From the NCBI GenBank assembly GCA_032654565.1, contig JAULAX010000010.1, forward strand, positions 64,001 through 128,000: DNA of 64,000 nt, in the 5' to 3' direction. A model generated the notes under the pieces. The model was not told the DNA's origin. It did not search any database and saw nothing but the letters and a program-made list of their open reading frames with translations. This DNA comes from Anaeromyxobacteraceae bacterium. GTDB taxonomy: Bacteria; Myxococcota; Myxococcia; Myxococcales; Anaeromyxobacteraceae. Position numbers and translations under genes: made by a program. Of the stretch, positions 19,267 to 32,329 are shown in pieces (the stretch's first letter is position 1; each line of letters starts with the position of its first letter).

Positions 19267-20424
19267 CTAGCCGGCGGCGACCCGCAGGGCCGGCTCGGCG
19301 ACCGCCAGCCGCCCCTCCAAATCCTCCAGCAGGGCCCGGGCGGTCGGCAGCTCGGCCACGGTCCGCTCCGGGATCCGGGTGATGGAGGAGCCGGTGTAGA
19401 AGAGCCCGTGCTCGGTGTCGCCCTTGATGGCCGCCGCCAGCAGGGCGTCGGTGATGCAGAAGCTCTCGCGGAACTGGGAGGCGCGGCAGAGACAGAGCTC
19501 CTCGGCCAGGCACTCCACGCAGGCCTTCTTGCGGCCGTGGAACCCCTCGGCGCCGAAGTACCAGGCCTTGCTGCGCGGCGGGAAGCGCTGGCCGCGGGCC
19601 AGGGCGTCGGTGAAGGGGTTGCGCACGGCCCGGGCCTTCATCCCCTTCACGCAGCTGGTGATCAGGGTGATCTCGGCGTCGGTCTTGCCGAGGTGCATCT
19701 GCTTGAAGTTGGGGTGGACGTCGCCGTCCGAGCAGGCCAGGAAGCGGGAGGCCAGCTGCACGCCGGCGGCGCCGGCCTTGAAGTAGCGGGCCACGTCGGA
19801 GGCGTCCACGCCGCCCGCCGCCACCACCGGCAGCGAGGTGGCGGCCACCACCTCGTCGACCAGGCCGGGGAGCGGGTGGCCGATGTCGCCGATGTGGCCG
19901 CCAGCCTCGGCCCCCTCGGCGACCACGAAGTCGGCGCCCCACTTCTCGTACATGGCGGCGAGGCGCCCCGAGGAGACGATGCCGGCGAACGGCGTGTTGC
20001 CGGCGCGGCACCACTTGATGATCTCGCGCGAGATGCCGGCGCCCTGCACGATGAAGGAGATCCCCTCCTCCATGGCGATGCGGGCCGAGGCCTCGAACTC
20101 GGACTTGTTGATGGCCGCCATCAGGTTGAGCCCCACGTAGCCGCCCGGGGCCTCGGCCCGGGCCCGCCGGATCTCGCGGCGCAGGTGGTCGGGGGTCTTC
20201 ACCACCGCCGAGATGGTGCCGACGCCCACCAGCCGGTCGCCGCGGTGGGCGGCCACCTTGCCGGCCAGCCCGTCGGAGGCGTGGACGCCCATGGCGCCCT
20301 GGACCAGCAGGCGCCGCCCCGAGGCGACGATGGCCTGGACCGCGGCGCGGTCGAGCCGGGCGAGCGGTGGCAGCGGGCTCGGCTCCAGGGGTGCGACGGC
20401 AACGGCGGCGGCGGTGGGGCTCAT
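19267..20424 (-). CDS. Nitronate monooxygenase / FabK-like FMN oxidoreductase
   Basis: VQGAMG, EGAEAGGH, VVAAGGV, GVQLASRF motifs; Cys cluster near the C-terminus. Confidence 0.85.
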   Translation of the reverse strand: MSPTAAAVAVAPLEPSPLPPLARLDRAAVQAIVASGRRLLVQGAMGVHASDGLAGKVAAHRGDRLVGVGTISAVVKTPDHLRREIRRARAEAPGGYVGLNLMAAINKSEFEASARIAMEEGISFIVQGAGISREIIKWCRAGNTPFAGIVSSGRLAAMYEKWGADFVVAEGAEAGGHIGDIGHPLPGLVDEVVAATSLPVVAAGGVDASDVARYFKAGAAGVQLASRFLACSDGDVHPNFKQMHLGKTDAEITLITSCVKGMKARAVRNPFTDALARGQRFPPRSKAWYFGAEGFHGRKKACVECLAEELCLCRASQFRESFCITDALLAAAIKGDTEHGLFYTGSSITRIPERTVAELPTARALLEDLEGRLAVAEPALRVAAG

Positions 20425-20648
20425 GGACTCGCTCCGGGGGCCCGCGGGGGGAATGCATCGGGCGTCGAGGGGGAGGAGCCTAGGGAGGTGGTGTCATGCC
20501 GGTGTCACGAGGCAGCGGGAATCGTCGGACGCAGTGCGTCGTGGTTCACTGGTCGGTCCGGGCGAATCGCTGCGGGCTTTGGGGGCGGCCCTTGACCGGA
20601 TAAGCTCAACTCACCCAGCCGATGGTCGCGAAAGGACCGGCATTCCTG

Positions 20649-21158
20649 ATGCGCATCTCATTCCCTGCCCAGGTCGCTGCGGTCTCGCTGCTCGCGCTGC
20701 TCGCATCCGGTTGCAGCGATCCGGTGCCGCCGAAGCCGACGGCCCAGGCGCCTTCTCCGCCGCCAGCCCCGGAGCCGCTCCCGCCGCCCACCAAACCGGT
20801 GCCGCAACCGCCACCGCCGTCCCCCGACAAGGAGAGGGCGGTCCCTCCGTCGTTGCCGCCTCCACCGGCGAAGGCGCCCGTGGCGACACAGCACGAGAAG
20901 CTGGGCGCCGGCCAGTGCCGCGGCTGCCACCGGCTCCAGTACGACTCGTGGGTCAAGTCGGGCCACGCCCGCAAGGGGCTCGACTGCGAGGGGTGCCACG
21001 GCAACGGGTCGGAGTACGCCAAGGCCAGGGTGATGAGGGACCCGGCCGCGGCCAAGGCGGCCGGCCTGATCTTCCAGACCGCCGCCTTCTGCGAGAAGTG
21101 CCACCCCACCGCCGACGCCTCGTTCCTGCCGAAGGCGCACGCCCACAAGAAGCGGTAG
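20649..21158 (+). CDS. Lipoprotein triheme c-type cytochrome (c554-like) with Pro-rich tether
   Basis: Lipobox LASGC; CRGCH, CEGCHG and CEKCH motifs. Confidence 0.85.
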   Translation: MRISFPAQVAAVSLLALLASGCSDPVPPKPTAQAPSPPPAPEPLPPPTKPVPQPPPPSPDKERAVPPSLPPPPAKAPVATQHEKLGAGQCRGCHRLQYDSWVKSGHARKGLDCEGCHGNGSEYAKARVMRDPAAAKAAGLIFQTAAFCEKCHPTADASFLPKAHAHKKR

Positions 21159-21245
21159 AGCGCAGCCGGTCACCCCCGGCCGCAGGAGCCAGGGGGGCAC
21201 GGGATGTGCTCCAGGCCCCGGCCCCGGGGCGGGCCTCGGCAGGCG

Positions 21246-24344
<3,099 letters not shown>

Positions 24345-24373
24345 GGCGGTTCCCGGGGCGGCGTGGGGCGGGG

Positions 24374-25459
24374 TCAGTCGACCAGCGGGACGACCGGGTC
24401 GCCGGCCGCCAGGGTGCCGGGATCGAGGATGATGGCGGTGGTGGCGTCGAGCCCGGCGGAGACCGCCACGGTGCCCGGGTTGACCTGGACCGGCGTGATC
24501 ACCCGCCGCTCGGCCTTGCCCCCGACGATGACGAAGACCCAGCTCTCGGCCCCGGCGGTCCTGACCGCGGTGGCCGGCACGTAGAGCCCGTCCTTGTCAC
24601 CGAAGCCGCCGAAGTCGACGTTGGCCAGGGTGCCGGGGCGCAGCGGCGCCCCCTCCACCTTGACCACGTCCACCAGCACCTCGATGGTCCGGGTGCCGGG
24701 GTCGATGACGGCGTTCTTGACCCGCACCGTGGCCTCGAACTTCTGGCCGCCCGGGGTGGTGACGCCGGTGACCTTCTGGCCCACCTTGACGAAGGGCTCC
24801 ACCCCCTCGGGCACGGCCAGCCGGGCCTCGAGGTGGTCGACGTCGGCCACCGAGACGATGGGGGTGAGGGGCATGGCGGTGACCGAGTCGCCGGCATTCC
24901 TGAACTTGCCGGTGACCACGCCGGCGAAGGGGGCGGTCAGCACCGAGTCGGCCAGCTGCTGCTCGGCCATCTTCAGGCCGGCCCGGGCCTGGTCGGCCTG
25001 GGCGGCGGCCAGCTCGGCGCCGGTCTTGACCCGGTCGAAGGTGGCGTCGGCCAGGACCTGCTGGTCGCTGAGCGACTGGCCGCGCTTCAGCTCGCGCTCC
25101 GCCGAGGCCAGGTTGGCCTCGGCCACCTTGACCATGGCCCGGGCGTTCTCGACGCCGATGGCCTGCAGGGCGTTGTCCATCTCCGCCAGCGCCTGGCCCT
25201 GCCTGACCCGGTCGCCCACCTGGACCATCACCCGCCGGATCTGGCCGGAGCCCTTGGCCGCCAGCACCGCGTCCTGGCTGGCGCGGATGGGGCCGGTGGC
25301 GCGGGCCAGGCCGGTCTCCAGCCGGGTGGCCGGCTTGCCGACCTTGACGGCGCGGGCGGCGGTCCCGGTCTCGGGGAGGTTGGCCTTCTCGGCCTTGTGG
25401 CCGCAGGCGGCGAGGGCGAGGGCGGCGACGAGGGCGGGGACCAGCGGGCGGGCGTGCAT
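24374..25459 (-). CDS. RND efflux periplasmic adaptor (membrane fusion protein), lipoprotein
   Basis: Lipobox LAAC; lipoyl-like halves flanking a coiled coil (VQVGDRV..G; APFAGVV); IDPGTRT. Confidence 0.92.
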   Translation of the reverse strand: MHARPLVPALVAALALAACGHKAEKANLPETGTAARAVKVGKPATRLETGLARATGPIRASQDAVLAAKGSGQIRRVMVQVGDRVRQGQALAEMDNALQAIGVENARAMVKVAEANLASAERELKRGQSLSDQQVLADATFDRVKTGAELAAAQADQARAGLKMAEQQLADSVLTAPFAGVVTGKFRNAGDSVTAMPLTPIVSVADVDHLEARLAVPEGVEPFVKVGQKVTGVTTPGGQKFEATVRVKNAVIDPGTRTIEVLVDVVKVEGAPLRPGTLANVDFGGFGDKDGLYVPATAVRTAGAESWVFVIVGGKAERRVITPVQVNPGTVAVSAGLDATTAIILDPGTLAAGDPVVPLVD

Positions 25460-25490
25460 GAGGTGACTCCTGGAGTTGCGCGACTCGGAA

Positions 25491-26126
25491 CTAGGCGGGG
25501 CCGGTGGCCCGGGAACCGTGGAGGGCGAGGTCGACGACCAGCCGGGCCTGCTCGGCGACGGGCGCCAGGTCGGTGCCGGCGACGTGACCATTGTGGAAGG
25601 CGTGGGAGATGCCGGCCAGCGCCCGGGCCGCCAGCTCCACCGGGCAGCGCAGCTCGCGGCGGCCCACGTGGCGGCGCAGCCAGGCGGTCATGTCGGCCTC
25701 GTAGAGGGCCATCCCGGCGCGCAGGTCGGGGAGCGGGGCGGCGTCGGAGCCGGCGGCGGGGCGGCTGTCGAGCAGCACCGCGAAGAGCTCGCGCCGCTCC
25801 CGGGTCAGCTCGAACTGCGCCCGCAGCAGCGCCTCCAGCCGGGCCGGGAGCGGCTGGGCCCGGTCCACCGGCAGCTCGAAGGTGGCGTGCAGCTCCGCCT
25901 CGAGCAGCTCGATGAGGCTGGAGAAGATCTCCTCCTTGCTCTCGAAGTAGCGGTAGAGCGAGGGCGGGGCGTAGCCGGCGGCCTCGGCCAGGTCGGCCAG
26001 CGTGGCCGCGGCGTAGCCGTGGCGGGCGAAGACCCCGGCGGCGGCCAGCAGGATCTCGCGCCGGACCCGCTGGTGGGTCCTCTGCTGCCGGGTCTGGGCC
26101 GGCGACGGCGAGACGCGAACGCTCAT
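25491..26126 (-). CDS. TetR/AcrR family transcriptional regulator
   Basis: ILLAAAGVFARHGY..ADLAEAAG..SLYRYFESKEEI HTH. Confidence 0.92.
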   Translation of the reverse strand: MSVRVSPSPAQTRQQRTHQRVRREILLAAAGVFARHGYAAATLADLAEAAGYAPPSLYRYFESKEEIFSSLIELLEAELHATFELPVDRAQPLPARLEALLRAQFELTRERRELFAVLLDSRPAAGSDAAPLPDLRAGMALYEADMTAWLRRHVGRRELRCPVELAARALAGISHAFHNGHVAGTDLAPVAEQARLVVDLALHGSRATGPA

Positions 26127-26164
26127 TCGCGTCGCGTTATCATCGGTTCGCGCCCTGCTGTCAA
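26112..26164 (-). promoter_or_regulatory. Sigma70-type promoter and palindromic operator of the tetR-RND operon
   Basis: TTGACA (26164-26159)-N17-GATAAC (26141-26136); palindrome GACGCGAA-N6-TTCGCGTC at 26112-26133 overlapping the ATG. Confidence 0.7.
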
Positions 26165-26166
26165 GC

Positions 26167-29121
26167 CTACCTGACGTCGAAGTAGGCCCGCGGCCCCGGT
26201 GTCTTCCGGGAGCGCTCACCTCCCTCCACGAGGAAGATGCGGGCCGGGTCGAGCCCGGCGGCCAGCAGGGCGTCGCGCGCCGCCTGGGCCCGGGCGGTGG
26301 CCAGGGCCGGCAGCGCCTCGGGTGGGATGGTCACCACCCCCAGCAGGGCCGCCTCCAGGGCCGACGGGTCGGGCGGGGTCGGGTCCCTCCTGCCGGCGGC
26401 GGGCGCCGGTGGCGGGGGGGTCGCGGCCCAGGCGGCCGCCAGCCAGCGGGGCCGCTCCTCGGCCGACACCGTCACCGCCTCCTCTGCGGCGGGGGGACGC
26501 TGCGCCGCCCCCTTGGTCCGTCGCAGCAACCGCTCGAGCTCGACCCGGCGCAGGGCCTCGCCGTCGCGCCCCGGGTCGGCCGACCCGTCCAGCTCCAGCC
26601 CGAGCCGGGGGCGCTCGGCCAGCGCCTTGCCCAGCAGCGCGAGCCGCTTCCCGGCCGCCTCGTCCAGGGCGGCCCCTCCCGGCGTGAACTCGATGAGCGA
26701 GAGGTCCTCCGTGGCGCCACCGGCCAGCGAGGCCAGGGCGCTGAACGGGGAGGCCGCCACCTTGACCAGGAGCGAGGTCAAGGTGTGCCAGATGACCCGG
26801 CCGAGGCGGAAGGTCGGATCGTCGAGGTCTCCCTCCACGGGGACGTCGAGCAGGATCACGCCGTCCTTGTCGGTGAGGATGGCCAGCGCCAGGCGGACCG
26901 GGAGCGAGGTGGCCTCCTTGCTGTCAACTGCATCACCCAGCGTGAACTGGTCGAAGCGGATGACGTTGGCGCCCCTGAGCTTCCGCGCCTCGACCTTCCA
27001 GCTGAGCGCGAGGTCGAGCTTGCCCTTCCGGATCAGGTAGCCGAGGTGCCTCCCGGCCAGCGGGGCGAGCGGCGTCAGGTCGACGCCGCGGGTCCGGAGC
27101 TCGAGGTCGGTGAAGGCCTCCTGCTGCAGGGGGTTGACGGTGCCGGTCACGGTGAAGGGGGCGGCGCCGTCCACCGAGCCCTTCAGGTCGACGCTGGAGC
27201 GAACCTTCGGGTCGGAGGAGAGGTCGCTGATGCGGGCCTCGAGATCGGTGAGCGCCGCGACCACCGGAGGGGTGGTCGACCGATCGGTGTAGGAGACCTG
27301 GCCGCGGATCACCTGCAGGAGCGCCACCGAGGTGCGCCACGGGGGCGCCCCCGCGCCGGGCCGACCCGCCGCGGCCGGGGGCTTCGAAGGGGCGTCACCG
27401 TCGGTCCGAAGGGTCGCCGCCGGGCCGGCGGTCCCGGCCTCCGCGCCCGGGGAGCCCCTGGGGCCGAGCCCGGAGCTCCCGTCCTCGAAGACCACCCCGC
27501 GCAGCCGCGGCTCGGTGAGGCGGACCAGGCGGATGCTGGCCCGCCGGGTGGAGGCGCTCTCCAGGCCGAGCAGCTCGAGCGAGCGCCACCGGACCAGCGC
27601 CTCGTCGCGCGTCGGGTGACGCATCGTGAAACCATTGAGCCGGACATCCCCGGCGAAGGTCCAGCGGGCTTCCGGTCCAGAGCCGTCGAAGCTGGTCCGG
27701 GCCTTGAACCCGAGCGTCCCGGCGGCGAGCCGGAGCGGCGAGGCGGCGTCGGCGTAGGGGGAGACCGGCACCAGGTCGAGGCCGGCGGCCTCGACCGTCA
27801 GCTCACCCTGGGCGGCCAGGGGGCGGACCTTCCCCACCAGCGAGACCGTCCCGCCCTCCCCCCAGCGGAAGGAGGCGGTGAGCGGGCAGACCACGGCCGG
27901 ATCCTGCTTCAGCCCGGTGAGCCTGAGCTGCAGGCCGGAGAGCGAGAGGCGCACCGGCCGGGGGGACTGCAGGTCCTCGGCGTCGACCGCCAGCCCGTCC
28001 ACCGCCACCGTCCCCACCGTCCAGCGCCAGGGGGACGGTGGCCCGGGGCTGGTCTCGAGCAGCTCGAGGAGGGCCACGCGGCCGTCGGGCTCGCGGCGAG
28101 GGGTGAGCCGGCCGCCGACCACCTTCACCTCGGCCACCGTCGCCTCCCGGGCCAGCACGTCCACCTCGACCCCGTTCACCTCGAGGCGCGGGAGGTCGAC
28201 GGCGCGCGAGGCGTCGCGGCGTCGGGCCAGCTGCAGGTTCTCGACCAGCAGCCGCAGCCCGCTCACCCGGAAGTACGGCTTCGGAGTCCCCAGCTCCAGG
28301 GCGTAGGTGGCCTCGACCGCGGCGGTGCCGCGCTCCACCAGCAGCGACGGCGTCGAGTCGACCTGGTACGGGCCGTACTTGGGGAGCTGCAGCCCCCTGA
28401 AGGCGATGGCGCCGGCGGAGCGCAGCGGCTCGGAGTGGACGGTGCCCTTCCATTCGAAGGTCTCGCCCGACTCGGTGCTCCCCTTGAAGGTGTACGGGCT
28501 GTCGACGTCGCCGGTGGTGCGGAAGTCCTCGAGCCGGACGGTGAGCGGGCCGAGCGCGGTCTCGAAGGGCGGGCGACGGGTGGCGTCGGCGAAGGCCACC
28601 CGGGCCTCGACGATCTCCAGCAGGTCGAGCGCCACGCCGAGCCGCCGCGACGGCGGGCCGGCCGCCGGCGTGGGGGTGGTGTCACCGGCGTCGAGCAGGT
28701 CCTGGATGTTCAGCAGGCCGTGGGCGTCGAGCGCGGCGCGGAGGAAGGGGCGGGCGAGCCGCACCTCGGCCACGCCGGCGTAGCCCTGCAGCAGCCGCCA
28801 CGGGGCCAGGCGGACGTGGAGGGCCTCCCAGGACGCCAGCGTCGGAGCATCCCGGTCGGCGACCCGCAGGCCGTTGACGTCGACGGTGAGCGTGAAGGGG
28901 TTGACCTTCACCTCGGCGACGGTGACGCGCCGCTTCAGGCGGAGGCTTCCCTGCTCCTCGATGGTGGCGCGGATCAGCTTCGGGGCCAGCAGGAAGCCGA
29001 ACGCCGCCCAGGCGGTCACCAGGGCGAGCACCACGGCGCCGATCAGCGGCAGCCTGCGGCGCCAGCGGGAGCGAGGAGGGGACGGGGAGGGGGAGGGGGA
29101 CGGGGCGGTCGCGGGGTCCAT
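26167..29121 (-). CDS. DUF748 / AsmA-like envelope protein with C-terminal OmpA-like region
   Basis: N-terminal TM then VNPFTL; repeated beta-rich units; LPVRLALAILTDKDGVILLDVPVEG motif. Confidence 0.82.
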   Translation of the reverse strand: MDPATAPSPSPSPSPPRSRWRRRLPLIGAVVLALVTAWAAFGFLLAPKLIRATIEEQGSLRLKRRVTVAEVKVNPFTLTVDVNGLRVADRDAPTLASWEALHVRLAPWRLLQGYAGVAEVRLARPFLRAALDAHGLLNIQDLLDAGDTTPTPAAGPPSRRLGVALDLLEIVEARVAFADATRRPPFETALGPLTVRLEDFRTTGDVDSPYTFKGSTESGETFEWKGTVHSEPLRSAGAIAFRGLQLPKYGPYQVDSTPSLLVERGTAAVEATYALELGTPKPYFRVSGLRLLVENLQLARRRDASRAVDLPRLEVNGVEVDVLAREATVAEVKVVGGRLTPRREPDGRVALLELLETSPGPPSPWRWTVGTVAVDGLAVDAEDLQSPRPVRLSLSGLQLRLTGLKQDPAVVCPLTASFRWGEGGTVSLVGKVRPLAAQGELTVEAAGLDLVPVSPYADAASPLRLAAGTLGFKARTSFDGSGPEARWTFAGDVRLNGFTMRHPTRDEALVRWRSLELLGLESASTRRASIRLVRLTEPRLRGVVFEDGSSGLGPRGSPGAEAGTAGPAATLRTDGDAPSKPPAAAGRPGAGAPPWRTSVALLQVIRGQVSYTDRSTTPPVVAALTDLEARISDLSSDPKVRSSVDLKGSVDGAAPFTVTGTVNPLQQEAFTDLELRTRGVDLTPLAPLAGRHLGYLIRKGKLDLALSWKVEARKLRGANVIRFDQFTLGDAVDSKEATSLPVRLALAILTDKDGVILLDVPVEGDLDDPTFRLGRVIWHTLTSLLVKVAASPFSALASLAGGATEDLSLIEFTPGGAALDEAAGKRLALLGKALAERPRLGLELDGSADPGRDGEALRRVELERLLRRTKGAAQRPPAAEEAVTVSAEERPRWLAAAWAATPPPPAPAAGRRDPTPPDPSALEAALLGVVTIPPEALPALATARAQAARDALLAAGLDPARIFLVEGGERSRKTPGPRAYFDVR

Positions 29122-29199
29122 GGACTCCCTTCTAGGACGCTTCGCCGACGGTGGCCAAACCCCGATTGGGACCTCGGCGGCCCCCCTGGGGCGCCGCGC

Positions 29200-29862
29200 T
29201 CAAGGGAGGATCTGCAACACCCAGGAGCGCATGGGGGTCCGCTCCTCGATCTCCAGCGAGACCGGCACCTCGAAGCAGGCCTGGTCGGCGACCCGCTCGC
29301 GCGGCGAGTAGAGCCGGCCAGGGTCACCCACCAGCACCGTGAGCCCCTCCGCCGCCAGGGCGCGGAACCAGGCCAGCGACCGCTCGGCGAAGGGCTTCTC
29401 GTAGAAGACGTCGCCGGCCAGCACCACGTCGACGCCAAGGAGCGGCTGGCCCAGCAGGTCGACGAGGCGGGGGGTGAGGGTCACGCCGTTGAGGGCGGCG
29501 TTCATCGGCACCACCACCTCGCAGAACGGGGCCAGGTCGGTGGAGTCGACGCTGGCGGCGCCGGCCTTGAGGGCGGCGATCCCCACCAGCCCCGAGCCGG
29601 TGGCGAAGTCGAGCACCCGCCGCCCCCGCACCAGCTCCGGCCGGTCGAGCAGGTGGCGGGCCAGCGCCTGGCCTCCGGCCCAGGGGAAGGCCCAGAAGGG
29701 CGAGGCGTCGTAGCGCTCCAGCTGCGCCGAGGTGGCGTGCCAGAGGGGGGTCAGCTCGGTGGCCTGGTAGAGCGAGATCTCGGGGACCAGCGCCACCGGG
29801 GCCGGGGCGGTCTGCCGCCGGACGAAGTCGCGCCAGCGGACCAGCTGGTCATCCGGGGTCAC
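29200..29862 (-). CDS. Class I SAM-dependent (protein lysine-type) methyltransferase
   Basis: PFWAFPWAGG, VLDFATGSG, AGDVFY and GDPGR motifs. Confidence 0.85.
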   Translation of the reverse strand: MTPDDQLVRWRDFVRRQTAPAPVALVPEISLYQATELTPLWHATSAQLERYDASPFWAFPWAGGQALARHLLDRPELVRGRRVLDFATGSGLVGIAALKAGAASVDSTDLAPFCEVVVPMNAALNGVTLTPRLVDLLGQPLLGVDVVLAGDVFYEKPFAERSLAWFRALAAEGLTVLVGDPGRLYSPRERVADQACFEVPVSLEIEERTPMRSWVLQILP

Positions 29863-31103
29863 GCCGGCCGCCGTCGGCCCTTCCAGCCCCCGCGGGCGCC
29901 GGCGCTCTTCCCGGCGCCGGGGCGCTTGTGCGGCGGCGTCCCCTGGTGCTGGCGCCCCTCCTCGGCGCGGGCGTGCTCGGACTTGAAGACCTCGGCCTCG
30001 CGCGGCACCTCGGCGCGCGGCAGCAGCACCCGGGTGAGCCGCTCGATGGCCCGCAGCAGGTCGATCTCCTCGGGGGCGCAGAAGGCCGAGGCCTTGCCGC
30101 TGGCCTCGGCGCGGGCGGTCCGGCCGACCCGGTGGACGTAGTCCTCGGGGACGTGGGGCAGGTCGAAGTTGACGACGTGGCCGATGTCGGCGACGTCGAT
30201 GCCGCGGGCGGCGATGTCGGTGGCCACCAGCACCCGGTAGCGCCCGTCCTTGAAGCCATCGAGCGCCATCTTGCGCTGCCCCTGCGACCGGTCGGCGTGG
30301 ATGCGCGCCACCTTGTGGCCGGCCCGCTCCACGCCCTTGGCGACCCGGTCGGCCCGCCGCTTGGTCCGGGTGAAGACCAGCGTGGAGAGGTCGTCCTCGG
30401 CGAGCAGCGTCATCAGGAGCGGGGTCTTCTCCTCCTGGGCGCAGAGGAAGACCCGCTGCTCGGCGCGCGCCGCGGTGGTGCCGCTGCGGGCCACCTCGAC
30501 GCGCACCGGCGCCTTGAGGTGGGAGGTGGCGAACTCGGCCACCTCGCCGGCGGTGGTGGCGGAGAAGAGGAGGGTCTGCCGGTGCTTGGGGAGCCGCTGC
30601 AGGATCTTGGTGAGCTGCGGCTTGAAGCCCATGTCGAGCATCCGGTCGGCCTCGTCGAGCACCAGCACCTCGACGAGATCGAGCTTGGCGGTCCCCTGCT
30701 GCAGGTGGTCGACCAGCCGGCCCGGGGTGGCGATGATCACCTCGATCTTCTCGCGGAAGGCCCGCTCCTGGTTCCCCATCCCCACGCCGCCGATGACCAC
30801 GGCGCCGCGGACGTGGCGCCCCTTGCCGAAGCGCTCCAGCTCCTCGCCGATCTGCAGCGCCAGCTCGCGGGTCGGCGCCAGCACCAGCGCCCGGGTGCCG
30901 GGCTTCCCGGCCAGCCGCTCGATGATGGGGAGCAGGAAGGCGGCGGTCTTGCCGGTGCCGGTGGCGGCGGTGCCGATGACGTCCTTGCCCTCGAGCGCCG
31001 GCGGGATGGCGCGCGCCTGGATCGGGGTGGGGTGCTCGAAGCCGGCGCGGGCCAGCGACTGCAAGGACTTCTCGGACAGGCCCAGCTCGGCGAAGGTCGA
31101 CAC
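29859..31103 (-). CDS. DEAD/DEAH-box RNA helicase (RhlE-like)
   Basis: Q motif, TGTGKT, PTRELA, DEAD, SAT, ARGID and HRVGRTAR motifs; start approximate. Confidence 0.95.
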   Translation of the reverse strand: MSTFAELGLSEKSLQSLARAGFEHPTPIQARAIPPALEGKDVIGTAATGTGKTAAFLLPIIERLAGKPGTRALVLAPTRELALQIGEELERFGKGRHVRGAVVIGGVGMGNQERAFREKIEVIIATPGRLVDHLQQGTAKLDLVEVLVLDEADRMLDMGFKPQLTKILQRLPKHRQTLLFSATTAGEVAEFATSHLKAPVRVEVARSGTTAARAEQRVFLCAQEEKTPLLMTLLAEDDLSTLVFTRTKRRADRVAKGVERAGHKVARIHADRSQGQRKMALDGFKDGRYRVLVATDIAARGIDVADIGHVVNFDLPHVPEDYVHRVGRTARAEASGKASAFCAPEEIDLLRAIERLTRVLLPRAEVPREAEVFKSEHARAEEGRQHQGTPPHKRPGAGKSAGARGGWKGRRRPA

Positions 31104-31234
31104 GACGGCTCCAGGGTGGCGCGCCCGCCGCATTTCGCGTGCCGGGGAGCGCATGGTGGCGCGGTACTAGCAGGTCCGCCCCGGCAAGGCGAGCCGCGGC
31201 CCCCCCCCGGAGAGGGCGCGGGGCCCCCGGCCGA

Positions 31235-32329
31235 TCAGTCGAGGTCGACGCGCTCGACGCCGGCGATGGAGAGCGACAGGTCGGGGCCGAAGGCCAGCGA
31301 GGGGGTCTGGAAGCCGGTCGGGGCCCGCCCCGCCAGCACCCGCTCGGCGCACTCGACGGCGGCCAGCGCCGTGAAGGCGTACCCCTCGGGCGCGGAGAGG
31401 CGCGCCGTGGCCCGGCGGCCGTCGGCGTGCTCCACCTCGCCGTAGACCAGCGATCGCCCCCGGCCCCGGGCGGCGGCGTCGGGGCCGGTGAGGCGGGAGC
31501 GGACCAGCGCCGCCAGCCCCTGCTGCACCGGGCGTGAACCGAGGACCGGCCCGAGGTAGCGCGAGGCCAGCGAGAAGGCGCGCAGGGCCGGCGGCGCCGC
31601 CATGTAGACCTCGATGTCGGGGATGCCGGTGGAGTGCCAGGCGGTCCAGACGTCGCCCCAGGCGAGGCTCATGCAGCGGACCGGCCCGCGGCCGAAGTCG
31701 AAGTCGCGGGTGCGCCAGGCCGCCGGCACCGGCGTGATCTTCCCGCCGCGCCGGATGGCCCCGCCCCGGTGGATCCCCTCCAGGGCGGTCAGCGTGGTGC
31801 CGCGGGAGAGCTGGCCGAGGGCCCTGAAGGCGAGGACGAGGCGGGAGGCGCCGGGGAGCCGCCGGGCCAGGTGCGCCGCCAGCCCGTCGGTGGGGACCAC
31901 ATCGAAGCCGACCCCGGGCAGCAGCGTGACCCCGGCCGCCCGGGCCTCGGCGTCGCGCCGCGCCAGCGCCGCGAAGACCGCCCCCTCGCCGGTGACGTCG
32001 AGGTAGTGGACCCCACGGCGCAGGCAGCCGTCGGCCATGGGTCGCGAGGTGCGCGAGAACGGTCCGGCGGCGTGCAGCACGGCGCCGACGCCCTCCAGGC
32101 CGGCGTCGACCGCGGCGGCGTCGTCGAGGGCGAAGACCCGGGAGGTGAGCCCGAGCTCGGCCGTCAGGCGGGCCACCGGCGCCTCGGTCCGCCCCGCCAG
32201 GATGGGGCGCAGGCCGCGCTCCACGGCGCGCCGGGCGATCAGTTCGCCGGTGTAGCCGTTGGCCCCGTAGACCAGGAGCGGCCCCGCCACCGGGCGCGGC
32301 GGCGGCGCCGCGTCCCCGGGGCCGGCCAC
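31235..32329 (-). CDS. Saccharopine dehydrogenase-like NAD(P)-binding oxidoreductase
   Basis: YGANGYTG, AGPF, HYLDVTGE and GFDVVPTD motifs; GTG overlaps the upstream TAG. Confidence 0.85.
   Translation of the reverse strand: MAGPGDAAPPPRPVAGPLLVYGANGYTGELIARRAVERGLRPILAGRTEAPVARLTAELGLTSRVFALDDAAAVDAGLEGVGAVLHAAGPFSRTSRPMADGCLRRGVHYLDVTGEGAVFAALARRDAEARAAGVTLLPGVGFDVVPTDGLAAHLARRLPGASRLVLAFRALGQLSRGTTLTALEGIHRGGAIRRGGKITPVPAAWRTRDFDFGRGPVRCMSLAWGDVWTAWHSTGIPDIEVYMAAPPALRAFSLASRYLGPVLGSRPVQQGLAALVRSRLTGPDAAARGRGRSLVYGEVEHADGRRATARLSAPEGYAFTALAAVECAERVLAGRAPTGFQTPSLAFGPDLSLSIAGVERVDLD

Noticed and set aside
20592..20609. TTGA-N10-TCAA upstream of the triheme cytochrome as an Fnr box
   Set aside because: Spacing does not fit the 14-bp TTGAT-N4-ATCAA geometry
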